Shown: one piece after another, positions 28,696 to 38,433 of the stretch
How the letters are laid out: each line of letters begins with the position of its first letter
How positions within the stretch are numbered: the first letter of the stretch is position 1
Assembly (NCBI GenBank): GCA_028690215.1
Contig: JAQVBQ010000007.1
Span: 13,232 to 77,231, forward strand
Reading direction: 5' to 3'
DNA length: 64,000 bases
Source of the DNA: Bacteroidales bacterium
Lineage (GTDB): Bacteria > Bacteroidota > Bacteroidia > Bacteroidales > UBA932
Program-made: the position numbers and the translations under genes
Notes under the pieces: generated by a model
Seen by the model: the letters and a program-made list of their open reading frames with translations, nothing else
Databases searched by the model: none
What the model was told of the DNA's origin: nothing

Positions 28696-28852
28696 TCAAA
28701 CAGCAACTTTTCTTTTTGTATAAAGTTACCAATCTGGCAAATCTCACACATGGAATCAATGCATAAATATCTGATTATAAGATATTTTTATTCGTTACTA
28801 GAAATTATGATAAAATTTAACTAATTTCGCCCGTTAATTTAAAATCAGATAA

Positions 28853-29956
28853 ATGTCACTTCAGTGCGGAATAGTTGGCCTTCCCAATGTAGGCAAATCA
28901 ACTCTCTTCAACTGCATCAGCTCCGGTAAGGCGCAGGCAGCAAATTTTCCTTTTTGTACCATTGAACCGAATATCGGTTCAACAATAGTCCCCGACTCGA
29001 GACTTCAAGTACTCGAGAAGCTCGTTCACCCGCACAGAGTTGTTCCTGCAACTGTTGAGATTGTGGATATAGCCGGTTTGGTCAAGGGAGCAAGTAAAGG
29101 AGAGGGACTCGGCAATCAGTTCCTTGCCAACATTCGTGAGACAGATGCCATAATTCACGTACTGAGATGCTTTGACGACCCAAATGTCGTGCATGTAGAC
29201 GGCAGTGTAAACCCTGTCAGAGACAAGGAGATAATTGACACTGAACTTCAGATAAAGGATCTTGACACTGTTGAGAGCAGAATAGGAAAGGTTATGAAGC
29301 AGGCTCAGACTGGAGGAGACAAAACAGCAAAACGTCTATACGAGATTCTGGTTAAATACAAAGCCGCCCTTGAACAAGGACTCTCGGCCCGCACAGTTGT
29401 TTTCGACAACCCTGAAGACAAGAAACTGGCTAAAGAGCTTTTCCTTCTTACGGACAAACCTGTTCTCTACCTATGTAACGTTGACGAAGCCTCGGCTAAA
29501 AACGGCAATAAATATGTTGATCAAGTAAAAGAGGCGATAAAGGATGAGAATGCGCAACTGCTTGTAGTGGCTGCCAAAATTGAATCTGAAATTGCGGAGT
29601 TGGAAAGCTACGAAGAGAGAGAGATGTTTCTCAATGAAATAGGTCTTGAAGAGTCCGGAGTTAACCGTCTGATTCAGGCTGCATACAAACTGCTGAACCT
29701 TGAAACATATTTTACTGCAGGCATACAAGAGGTAAAAGCCTGGACATACCAGAAGGGGACAAAAGCACCGCAGGCAGCCGGAATAATACATACCGACTTC
29801 GAGAAGGGCTTCATAAGGGCTGAGGTTATCAAGTATCAGGATTATGTGAAATACGGCTCTGAGGCAGCCTGCAAGGAGGCCGGCAAGATGGGTGTGGAAG
29901 GCAAGGAGTATGTCGTTCAGGATGGCGACATAATGCACTTCCGGTTCAATGTATAA
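28853..29956 (+). CDS. ychF: Redox-regulated ATPase YchF
   Basis: GIVGLPNVGKSTLFN, NFPFCTIEPN, DIAGLVKGAS and C-terminal DGDIMHFRFNV. Confidence 0.98.
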   Translation: MSLQCGIVGLPNVGKSTLFNCISSGKAQAANFPFCTIEPNIGSTIVPDSRLQVLEKLVHPHRVVPATVEIVDIAGLVKGASKGEGLGNQFLANIRETDAIIHVLRCFDDPNVVHVDGSVNPVRDKEIIDTELQIKDLDTVESRIGKVMKQAQTGGDKTAKRLYEILVKYKAALEQGLSARTVVFDNPEDKKLAKELFLLTDKPVLYLCNVDEASAKNGNKYVDQVKEAIKDENAQLLVVAAKIESEIAELESYEEREMFLNEIGLEESGVNRLIQAAYKLLNLETYFTAGIQEVKAWTYQKGTKAPQAAGIIHTDFEKGFIRAEVIKYQDYVKYGSEAACKEAGKMGVEGKEYVVQDGDIMHFRFNV

Positions 29957-29962
29957 TTTAAG

Positions 29963-30265
29963 CTACCCTATATAGGTTTTAAGTGCTTCAAGATATTCCT
30001 CGAAGGCTTTGCGACCCGTGTCTGTAATCCTGCATACAGTACGCGGTTTCTTTCCTGAGTAACCTTTATCAACCTCAATGTATTTAGCTTGGGAGAGTTT
30101 ATCCAACTGAACACTCAGATTACCTGCGGTTGACCCTGTCTTTTCCCTCAGGTAAACGAAGTCTGCCTCCTCTAAAGATATGAGCAGAGACATAACTGCA
30201 AGCCTTAACTGCGAATGGAGCAGAGGGTCCAGTTCCCTGAATGAATTTACATTATCCTTAGGCAT
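29963..30265 (-). CDS. Winged-helix transcriptional regulator (HTH_34/ArsR-MarR-like)
   Basis: LDPLLHSQLRLAVMSLL, TAGNLSVQL and KPRT...T..GRKAF..Y. The ATG at 30265 overlaps the upstream stop. Confidence 0.87.
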   Translation of the reverse strand: MPKDNVNSFRELDPLLHSQLRLAVMSLLISLEEADFVYLREKTGSTAGNLSVQLDKLSQAKYIEVDKGYSGKKPRTVCRITDTGRKAFEEYLEALKTYIG

Positions 30266-30857
30266 TGTTTTCAGCTTTAACTTTACGACTAGCATTGTTT
30301 AAGATGTGACCCGGAACAATCAGCATAATAACAGCAAGCAGGGCAAAGATAAGAATCTGATTTATCCCGGCCACCATCAACATGCCGAAACTGAGCAGAA
30401 TTCCGAGAAAACCGGCAATTACTATCGGACGGAATCTGATAACCAAACCACTGATTGCCACTCCGGAATTTATGAGCAGTGACATCACAAACATTATCGG
30501 GTAAGCCTTGTAGTCAACAAACATGTAGATAGAGAGCAAGCCTGCAACTATACCCAATACAATCCAGATATTGGATATAACACGGCTCACGATTGTAATG
30601 GCACCTTTTTCCCGCTTTTTAAGCATATAGATCATCCCGGGGTAACCAATCACAGGGATGGCAAACCAAAGCCAATTAAACCTGTAATCTCCCGTATTAG
30701 ACAACAGGCAGTAGACAGCCAGAGAAACAGCGAGGCAAACATAGCCCCAGAGCAGAAAGATATTGCCTCCTCCCCTCTCCATATTATTTCGGGTTTCCTT
30801 TATCATCCTGCTGATAATTTCCAGACTCTCGTTCTGAGTCAAATTTTTGTCTTCCAT
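30258..30857 (-). CDS. Hypothetical 6-TM membrane protein coupled to the wHTH regulator
   Basis: ESLEIISRMI..T N-terminus, LLWGY, six hydrophobic segments and VPGHILN end. Confidence 0.8.
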   Translation of the reverse strand: MEDKNLTQNESLEIISRMIKETRNNMERGGGNIFLLWGYVCLAVSLAVYCLLSNTGDYRFNWLWFAIPVIGYPGMIYMLKKREKGAITIVSRVISNIWIVLGIVAGLLSIYMFVDYKAYPIMFVMSLLINSGVAISGLVIRFRPIVIAGFLGILLSFGMLMVAGINQILIFALLAVIMLIVPGHILNNASRKVKAENNA

Positions 30858-30908
30858 AATTTTTCCAGTTTTAAAAATTTTGTCAAATATTAATCTTTTT
30901 AATAAAGT

Positions 30909-30997
30909 GGTTTATATTATAAACCTTACAGATGTTTAAAAAGTGCCTCCCTTTCTGTCAGCACGCTGCAAATATAAACTAGTTTATTTTATAAAGC
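30909..30997. promoter_or_regulatory. Candidate operator pair and -7 element for the membrane protein/wHTH operon
   Basis: Perfect palindrome GGTTTATA-T-TATAAACC (30909-30925), a near copy at 30981-30997, and TATATTTG on minus (30969-30976). Confidence 0.5.
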
Positions 30998-31010
30998 AAA
31001 TTTATTTATA

Positions 31011-31040
31011 AAAAGGCTGATCAAAATTGGTCAGCCTTTT
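31011..31040 (-). terminator. Intrinsic terminator after ppiD-like gene
   Basis: AAAAGGCTGA-N10-TCAGCCTTTT hairpin with T-tracts on both strands. Confidence 0.8.
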
Positions 31041-31064
31041 CCTTTTATTGCCTATGGCGCTATC

Positions 31065-33164
31065 CTAGAAGAATTTTGCCCTGTTATCCTTAACCATTGC
31101 AGATTTCTCGAGTATAGGTGACAGCATCTGCATTTTGAAACTCAATATCTGGCTGTTTCTTGCCTTTGCATCGTCCTCTGTGAAGAATGCTCCTGTCTGT
31201 CTTGCATCAACATTGAAAATGTACACTCCCACATTTCCACCCATAGGACCTGTCAGCTTATTGACATCAGCTCCTGCAACAGCTCCTATGAATTTAGGGT
31301 CAAATGCCTGTGATCCCGGTGCACCGAACGAAATTCCTGCCTGCTTGCTGACTGTTGTCCCAAGTTTGGTAGCAATCTCATCCATAGTTGCAAGTCCTTT
31401 GATCTTTTCAGCAATCTCAGCAACAGCCTTCTGATCACTCTTCTCTTTTCTTACGATTTCAGCAATTTTATTCTCAACAGCTGAAAGTTCTGGAATACCC
31501 TCCTCATTTGCAGCTGTAAGAGCTGCAACAAAGAAGTATTTATTGTCAACCGCTATTATCTGAGAAACATCTCCAACCTCTGCCTCATATGCCCAACGGC
31601 TTATCTCGCGTGCATTTTTATAGGTAGCTACAGTCTTGGCTCCTGCCTCAATACCTGTTGCAGGTATAGGAGTAAGGTTCATCTCTTTGACAGCAGCATT
31701 GAATTTCTCCATTTTACCATCAGCCTTGGTAGCCAAATCATTTGCAGTAGAATAGAACTTCTGGAATGTCTCTTTGCCTGCAACTGCCTCCTTCATAAGG
31801 ATAGCAAGCTGTACTTTTGTAATAGGTTTGGTTTTCTCTTTTACCTTAACGATATGCAACCCATAGTTTGTCTCCAATGTTGTGAGTTTTCCTGGAGCTA
31901 GATCAAAGCATGACTCAAATCCGGGAATCAGACGTTGCTGAGTCATCCATCCTATGTCACCGGGGAGTGCATTAGGATTCTTATCAGCTGAATATTGTGC
32001 TGCAAGTGCCGAGAAATCTCCACCAGCTGCAAGCACCTTCATCAAAGAGTCAACCTTTGCCTGCGCAACGGCCTTGTCCGGATCCTGAATCAGAATATGT
32101 TGAATATACACTGAGTCGGACATCTGTTTTACGCTGCTTACTCTTGCTGCCATATATGTATTGCCCTGAAGGAATACAGGAAGAACTGATGATGTAGGAG
32201 ATTTGAATGCAAAGCTGTCCAGGATCGGAGATACTGAAGCAAGTTCCTCTGATTTGTAGTAATATGTATCAAGAGGCTTGTCCGAATTCTTGGCAAGGAA
32301 GTTCTTAAGGTTATCTGTTGTTGTGAACTCCTGGTATACATTGTCGATACTTGTCCTGGCAAGTTCGAGGTCTCTCTCCGAAGGTCCAACTTCAAACACT
32401 ACATATTCGATGTCCCTGCTTGCTTTTTGTTCAAATTGTTTCTTATTCTTGTTGTAATAATCCTTTATCTCCTGTTTCGAAACTGCGATTGTGCTGTCCG
32501 GAGCAAAAGAGTATGGCTGCATAACGAATGAAACGTCTGAAGTAACATTGTTCTCCTCAATAGTCCTTCTCAACTCAACCGGATTGTATATCGCACTCTT
32601 TGACAACAAAGAGAGATACTTTGTGAAAATCTGCTCATTCTTGATGTTTTTCTCAAGATATGTCCAATATGCAGAAAGATTTCCTGATGGGTCCTGAGGT
32701 ATCTGTTTAATGAAACTAACCAGTTTACCTCTGTCGAACTGACCGTCTTCACCCAGGAAAGAGCGCTCTCTTAAAAGGACTGGAGAGATGCTTGAGCCCT
32801 GGCTGAGATCCACCATCTCGTCGTCGCCTACCTTCACGCCTGCATTATCCACAACAGGAAGCAAGACATTTTCTGTCAGAAGGTCCTGCCATGCGCTCTG
32901 GTTGATGTACTCCTGGTTCTCCTCGCTCATAGTAGAGGAACCTGAAGTCATCTGAAATATTTTTGTAAAATAGTCGATCCTCTTCTGGTACTCTTGATAG
33001 GTAACGGATTTCCCGTTCATTTCACCCACATCATACTTGGAAGAGAACATAGAGACTGCCGATTGTAATGTACCCGGATCGATTATAAACGAGAGTAGTG
33101 CCACAGCTATTATCAATGTAATAAAGACACCCATCTTTACCCGGATCTTTTCTAGAACTGCCAT
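31065..33164 (-). CDS. PpiD/SurA-N-domain peptidylprolyl isomerase
   Basis: MAVLEKIR start with N-terminal TM; parvulin motifs HILI, FSALAAQYSAD and YGLHIVKV. Confidence 0.87.
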   Translation of the reverse strand: MAVLEKIRVKMGVFITLIIAVALLSFIIDPGTLQSAVSMFSSKYDVGEMNGKSVTYQEYQKRIDYFTKIFQMTSGSSTMSEENQEYINQSAWQDLLTENVLLPVVDNAGVKVGDDEMVDLSQGSSISPVLLRERSFLGEDGQFDRGKLVSFIKQIPQDPSGNLSAYWTYLEKNIKNEQIFTKYLSLLSKSAIYNPVELRRTIEENNVTSDVSFVMQPYSFAPDSTIAVSKQEIKDYYNKNKKQFEQKASRDIEYVVFEVGPSERDLELARTSIDNVYQEFTTTDNLKNFLAKNSDKPLDTYYYKSEELASVSPILDSFAFKSPTSSVLPVFLQGNTYMAARVSSVKQMSDSVYIQHILIQDPDKAVAQAKVDSLMKVLAAGGDFSALAAQYSADKNPNALPGDIGWMTQQRLIPGFESCFDLAPGKLTTLETNYGLHIVKVKEKTKPITKVQLAILMKEAVAGKETFQKFYSTANDLATKADGKMEKFNAAVKEMNLTPIPATGIEAGAKTVATYKNAREISRWAYEAEVGDVSQIIAVDNKYFFVAALTAANEEGIPELSAVENKIAEIVRKEKSDQKAVAEIAEKIKGLATMDEIATKLGTTVSKQAGISFGAPGSQAFDPKFIGAVAGADVNKLTGPMGGNVGVYIFNVDARQTGAFFTEDDAKARNSQILSFKMQMLSPILEKSAMVKDNRAKFF

Positions 33165-33231
33165 TTTATATAAATTTATTAGTTATTTCTATGTAAACCG
33201 CGAAGATAATAAAAATATTTTTTCAACCTCT

Positions 33232-34383
33232 CTATTCTTCAACTATTCTGAGAGAGACAACTTCTACCCTGTTTGAAGCTTTTTTTAATATTTTAAAAAC
33301 CATATTTTCATATTTTAAAATATCCCTCTCAGCAGGGATATTCTCGTTAAAAAAGGTGATAAACCCCGCAAGAGTTTCGTAATCTTCTGATTCCGGAATA
33401 TTCAGGTCATACTCCCTGTTCAGATATTTTACCTCCAATCTGCCGGAAAGAATATAATCACCATTTTCTAATTTTTTCTCTATAAGCTCATCACTATCAA
33501 GTTCATCTGAAATTTCCCCGAAAATCTCTTCAATAAGATCTTCAAGAGTGACAATTCCCGAAGTTCCCCCGAATTTGTCAAGTACAACAGCAATTGCGCT
33601 TCTGTTCTTTATAAGGGTTTCAAGGAGATCCTGGGCTTTAGTCTCTTCACCAAAAAAGTCGATCTTTCTAATAAGCTCACACACCGGTCTTTTTCCCTTG
33701 AAAAGATCTTTTGAGTGAATATAACCGGTAATCGAATCTATACTCTCTTTGTAAACAATAATCCTGGAATAGTTTGTCGTGGCAAAAAGGGCCATAAGAT
33801 CCTCATAAGAGGTTTCCTCATCTACCGCGCAAACCTCTGTCCTCGGAATCATGCACTCCCTCAGAACAACATCAGAAAAGTCAAGCGCATTCTGTATCAT
33901 CATTACATCCTGACCGACCGGCTCCTCATCATTAAGCTCCCCACTCCTTACTGCCCGGAAGAAAATTTTGTATGATACTGAAGCAAAACCGTAGAACATC
34001 CTTAGAACCTTGTCCGGATTGACAGATCCTACAACCTTAGGTACAATTTCAGCCACAAGCAATACTGCCGCTACAGAAATAACTATTTGCAAAATAACCG
34101 CAACTATAACCAGATCTGCCAATAAAGCGGTAATTGAGTCAAATGTCAATGCATAGAATGATATTCCGAAAATCAGAAGAAATATCTGCTTGCCCATATT
34201 CATTGCAGATATTGCCCTTCCCCTGTCTGAGGACAATCTTGCAACCACCTCCGCGTATTTATACTCCTGCCTCTTGTCGACCTCAATCCTTACAATATTG
34301 TAATGCTGCAAAGCATTGGCAAGAGCTGTAAAAATTGATACAGTCAACAGTGACACCAGCAATATGATTATTGTCACAATCAT
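33232..34383 (-). CDS. CNNM/hemolysin-family protein (DUF21-CBS-CorC)
   Basis: AEIVPK, ALDFSDVVLRECMIPR, YSRIIVY, GIVTLEDLIEEIFGEI.DE and YETLAGF. Confidence 0.9.
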   Translation of the reverse strand: MIVTIIILLVSLLTVSIFTALANALQHYNIVRIEVDKRQEYKYAEVVARLSSDRGRAISAMNMGKQIFLLIFGISFYALTFDSITALLADLVIVAVILQIVISVAAVLLVAEIVPKVVGSVNPDKVLRMFYGFASVSYKIFFRAVRSGELNDEEPVGQDVMMIQNALDFSDVVLRECMIPRTEVCAVDEETSYEDLMALFATTNYSRIIVYKESIDSITGYIHSKDLFKGKRPVCELIRKIDFFGEETKAQDLLETLIKNRSAIAVVLDKFGGTSGIVTLEDLIEEIFGEISDELDSDELIEKKLENGDYILSGRLEVKYLNREYDLNIPESEDYETLAGFITFFNENIPAERDILKYENMVFKILKKASNRVEVVSLRIVEE

Positions 34384-35051
34384 TTGAAAGAGGGTGGGTT
34401 ATTTACCACTTTAGGTTTTGGCTTGAATGGGCCTATAAAGTTGACAGAGTCAATATAAGGCATCTCAAGAGAGTCTTTAGCAACAACTGCGTAACTGTCA
34501 TATGGATTGAGAATGACGGCGTTTCTTGCCATATCATCGGACTCCATACCGACTCCCTGCATGAACAGATCTGGAGAGGTTAGTTTCACTACGCAATGAG
34601 TATATATTTTCTTTGTAAGCCTGTTCCAGTACAGAGTGTCTGTAACCATCCTCTCTCCCTTGACATAGTTATTTATGATAACGTTGCCATACGCCTCCCA
34701 CACCTCGTTGCTGGCTGCAGTCTTGTGCTTTGCGGAATTTGCCCTTATCTCCGTCTCAAGAGCTCCATCCTTAGTATACGCCTTAACATTTATACCCTCC
34801 GGGAAAAAGTCGTAAGGATCCGTTGCTGTAGTATAACGTTCCATCTTCTTGGCATATACCCTTAGCACTACAATACCTCCGCTTGTTTGCTGAAAAGACA
34901 TTCTGTCAATCACTTGCGTCGGAAACTCTTTTGCGGATATTGCATCGGTCGCAGGCAAATCACCTTTGCAGGATAAAACGATGGTAGCAATCATCGAAAT
35001 GACTGCTACCATTATAAGTTCCTTATATACGGGATTTTTCCCTGAGTACAT
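34380..35051 (-). CDS. lptC: LPS export periplasmic protein LptC-like
   Basis: Lipobox VLSC; WEAYGNV, TDTLYWN, KKIYT and GVGMESD; conserved Bacteroidetes operon position. Confidence 0.75.
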   Translation of the reverse strand: MYSGKNPVYKELIMVAVISMIATIVLSCKGDLPATDAISAKEFPTQVIDRMSFQQTSGGIVVLRVYAKKMERYTTATDPYDFFPEGINVKAYTKDGALETEIRANSAKHKTAASNEVWEAYGNVIINNYVKGERMVTDTLYWNRLTKKIYTHCVVKLTSPDLFMQGVGMESDDMARNAVILNPYDSYAVVAKDSLEMPYIDSVNFIGPFKPKPKVVNNPPSFK

Positions 35052-35053
35052 GG

Positions 35054-36379
35054 TTATTTTCTTGTTCTAACAGTTGTTGTTGCACTCATACCGGCACAAC
35101 TTACAGAATATGAACTACCGTCAGTAATATCATACATGAAAGCCTCCTCCTGAAGCGGGAAGTATTGGCTGAACTGTCTGATATATTTGTCAGCGTCCTG
35201 TGCAAGTGTAGGATCTGCATTTTTTGCCTTGATGAAATAATCGACAGCGACCCAGAAGTGAGCCCTTGACTCGATCTCATTGCCACCGCACTTAGCCAAA
35301 CCCCAGGCAGAACCAATAATCATATATGCCTGTCCTGCCATTGCCGGATTCTTTTGCATAGCCTCTCTTGCAGCTTCTGCAGCTTTTCCGAACTGATCCA
35401 TTTTTGCATAATAGGTAGAGATATCCATCAGGAAAGAGCCATCTTCAACCTCACTTGACTCAGGACTTGCTATTGCTTCCTGAAGGTATTTGATAGCAGT
35501 AGGGAAGTCGTTGCGAATAACATACAGCTTTGAAAGGGCTGTTGCAGACTTGTATGAAGGGTCCAATTTGTAGAGCTCTTCAACAGCCTGGATATAAAGA
35601 TCCTCTGAATAGCACTGAGCATCGCTGAGGAGTTTCACAATCCTACCCACCAATTCTTTGTCGGTTGGTGTCTCTTTGAATTTAGGGCCAAAGAGTGTAA
35701 CAATGTTCTCACAGCTTGCCACACCGCTGTTTGCAAATATATAGTCGATCTTCTGTTTAGCAGCAAGTGCGTTATCCTGATCATCCTGCTCAATACAGTT
35801 CTTAATATGATTTTCTATGATTGGAGTTACCAACGAATACATCTTAAGAACATCGTCTCCGGTAGCTGTTTTCTTGGTATACATTTCATATACCTTACTC
35901 ATACCTGTAACCAGAACGTCACCGTCTGTATACTCTCCGCAAACCTTAATAGTCTCATTGAATGCATCCATTACCTTCTGATCATTGTCACCGAGATATG
36001 CTGCAATCTTGTAAAACTTGTAAGTTGTTGCACTTGTTATTGATCTAGGGAAATTGGTCTTCCTTATATCATAAAGGCTAAGCAGTGTGTCTATACGACT
36101 TGCCCTTAATATTGGGTCGGTAGTTTTATCTATAAGATTAGACATAATTTCTGCCCCTCGTATGAACATATTCTCACTTGCTTTTGGAGGGCATAATTTA
36201 AGAGCCTGCCTCCAGTAGGTGGCAGCTTCTTCATAATTACGGGCCTTGTAAGCATCCTGATAAAATTGTAGGTTTGTTATACAAGCTACGCTATCCTTAC
36301 CATATTTTCCTTGAGAATAGCCTAAGGATGAGGATAGAAGTACAAATGCAATTACAAATAAAATGCGCGCTTTTTTCAT
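35054..36379 (-). CDS. Secreted tetratricopeptide-repeat protein
   Basis: Signal peptide (YS|Q), helical TPR-like repeats and FWVAVDYF.KAK..DP C-terminal region. Confidence 0.8.
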   Translation of the reverse strand: MKKARILFVIAFVLLSSSLGYSQGKYGKDSVACITNLQFYQDAYKARNYEEAATYWRQALKLCPPKASENMFIRGAEIMSNLIDKTTDPILRASRIDTLLSLYDIRKTNFPRSITSATTYKFYKIAAYLGDNDQKVMDAFNETIKVCGEYTDGDVLVTGMSKVYEMYTKKTATGDDVLKMYSLVTPIIENHIKNCIEQDDQDNALAAKQKIDYIFANSGVASCENIVTLFGPKFKETPTDKELVGRIVKLLSDAQCYSEDLYIQAVEELYKLDPSYKSATALSKLYVIRNDFPTAIKYLQEAIASPESSEVEDGSFLMDISTYYAKMDQFGKAAEAAREAMQKNPAMAGQAYMIIGSAWGLAKCGGNEIESRAHFWVAVDYFIKAKNADPTLAQDADKYIRQFSQYFPLQEEAFMYDITDGSSYSVSCAGMSATTTVRTRK

Positions 36380-36409
36380 AATTATTGATTTTTAATATAT
36401 TTTAAATTG

Positions 36410-37717
36410 CTAGTCATATTTAGGCTTAAGGAACCATGATATGTCATGAAGGGCAAAGTTAATACCAAACATGAAATAATTCTCCTTAAGAAGTTTGTTT
36501 GACTTTGTTCCTCTTTGGCCAACGTTCAATGTCAGTCCCAATGAATTGTACCAGCGTGAAATCGGCAAACTCATACCAAGAGTTATACCCTTTGAGTTGA
36601 CCTGGTTGCCCTGAACATTCAAATATGACTGGTCATAATAGAGGCCTCCCCTGAAAGTAATTCTCTTGTAGTAGTATCGAACATCATATAAATTTGGGGT
36701 ATACTCAGCACCAATTTTAATTGAAGAGCTCTTTCCCGGTTTGAAATCTACTCCCGGTGTTGCTGTGAACTCTGTGCCGGTCCAGTCCTGCATGGTATAG
36801 TCAGCGCCAAACATCCACTTATCCATCTTTCTTATCGAAAAACCTACAGCAAATTCTGAAGGAATAGACATCTGCGTATTATTTGACTTGTCAAAAACAA
36901 TTGTATCGAGGGCGCCTGCGAGGGTAGTTGCAGTAGCATACCTGGTCATATCACCTGTAAGTTTGGCCTTTAGTGAATATGTGGCACCTATGGTAGCACT
37001 CACATCCTGTGACATTTTCTGAGAATACTGAAGTCCGAGTTTACCGGAAAAGGCACCTATCACGTAGTCATAACCGGTATTTATTTGTCTGTAGACAGTG
37101 TTTGATCCAAAAATGATATTTGAATAACGGTCAATTGTCCCGAAATAGTAAATCCCCTCTGCTCCGACAGCAAGCCTCTTAAACAACTTGACGGAAGCAC
37201 CTGCAAACAGTTGAGTTATGCCTCCTGTACCATATCTCTGGTACTGAACATTACCCACCTCATTGATTATCTCCGGGTCTGTCTCTCTATTTGAGAATTT
37301 GTAACCAACATTGCTGTAAGGGGCCGCACCGAGAATTAATGCTGATCTCTTATAAATAGGGAGGGTAATCAGCACATGGTGCATGTTAAAGCTGTTGTAT
37401 GCAGATTTAGCTCCGTTTCCCGACAGATAGATGTTTCTCTGTTCCATTCCGAAATCGGCCATGAATGACATAGAATCTCTCTCTACAATCGAAGCGGGAT
37501 TGATGTAGTTGATATATCTCGCATCCTTAATACCGACACCCAGTCCGCCCATGCCCTTATTGTAAGCAGTTCCGGGTCCGGAGACATCTCCGACACCAAA
37601 TATAGAATAAGGAGTATAAGTACCCAGTGCGTCAGTTGTCTGAGCACCTGCTTTTCCACCAATCAAGATTGTAAGTACTAAAAACAACCCCTTTCCTGTT
37701 ACTTTAAGTTTTCGCAT
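36410..37717 (-). CDS. Outer membrane beta-barrel protein (FadL-like)
   Basis: Signal peptide (AGA|Q), TPYSIFGVG, GMGG, NPAS and amphipathic beta-strands. Confidence 0.75.
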   Translation of the reverse strand: MRKLKVTGKGLFLVLTILIGGKAGAQTTDALGTYTPYSIFGVGDVSGPGTAYNKGMGGLGVGIKDARYINYINPASIVERDSMSFMADFGMEQRNIYLSGNGAKSAYNSFNMHHVLITLPIYKRSALILGAAPYSNVGYKFSNRETDPEIINEVGNVQYQRYGTGGITQLFAGASVKLFKRLAVGAEGIYYFGTIDRYSNIIFGSNTVYRQINTGYDYVIGAFSGKLGLQYSQKMSQDVSATIGATYSLKAKLTGDMTRYATATTLAGALDTIVFDKSNNTQMSIPSEFAVGFSIRKMDKWMFGADYTMQDWTGTEFTATPGVDFKPGKSSSIKIGAEYTPNLYDVRYYYKRITFRGGLYYDQSYLNVQGNQVNSKGITLGMSLPISRWYNSLGLTLNVGQRGTKSNKLLKENYFMFGINFALHDISWFLKPKYD

Positions 37718-38423
37718 GGTAATTTGCAATATGAGCTAAGCCCATTAATACTAAATTATAAACAACAAATATCGACCTTTTCGTTTTTTCTGCAAAATAA
37801 ATCGCATCTCCTCCTGTAAAAATGTAATAATTTTTCGGATAGCGATCCATATATCCTTCTATTTCATATAACATTCCCAAAATTATGCCAGACTCTATCG
37901 CCGCCTTTGTCGAACGTCCGATATTGACAAAATTTTTCGGAATATCAACCATAGGAAGTAGCTGTGTATAATCATGTAAGGCTCTGAATCTCGTTTTTAA
38001 CCCCAGAGAGATATTACCTCCGCAAAAAATTCCCGATGATGAAAAATGGTCGATAGTGAGTGCGGTTCCAAAGTCAAATATTATCAGATCTTTTCCCGGA
38101 TAGATTGCCGAAGCCCCGATTGCCGCACAGATTCTGTCGGCTCCAAGAGTCTCAGGTGTCTGATAATCTATTTTTATAGGAAGATCCGAATTGCCTTTTA
38201 CTATTAAAAGTTTATCACACAGTGATTCCAGAAGAGTAATAAAATCCTCATCCAATCTCCTCACAGAAGAGAGAGCAATAATTTCAGGACGCTCTTTCTT
38301 TACCAAACCTTCGATGAAACCGGAAACATTTTCATCTCTGCAAAGGAGAATCTCAGATAACTCCTCTCCCATTGCAAAGGTTGCCTTCATGCTACTGTTT
38401 CCTATGTCAATTAATAGATTCAT
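37704..38423 (-). CDS. coaX: Type III pantothenate kinase
   Basis: IDIGNS, TPETLGADR, DFGTALT, GGNISLG and TGGDA. Confidence 0.95.
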   Translation of the reverse strand: MNLLIDIGNSSMKATFAMGEELSEILLCRDENVSGFIEGLVKKERPEIIALSSVRRLDEDFITLLESLCDKLLIVKGNSDLPIKIDYQTPETLGADRICAAIGASAIYPGKDLIIFDFGTALTIDHFSSSGIFCGGNISLGLKTRFRALHDYTQLLPMVDIPKNFVNIGRSTKAAIESGIILGMLYEIEGYMDRYPKNYYIFTGGDAIYFAEKTKRSIFVVYNLVLMGLAHIANYHAKT

Positions 38424-38433
38424 TTAAAGTTTC

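Noticed and set aside
28765-28787. AAATATCT-N7-AGATATTT inverted repeat in the nuclease/ychF divergent region
   Set aside because: Short and AT-rich; cannot be distinguished from background without comparative data.
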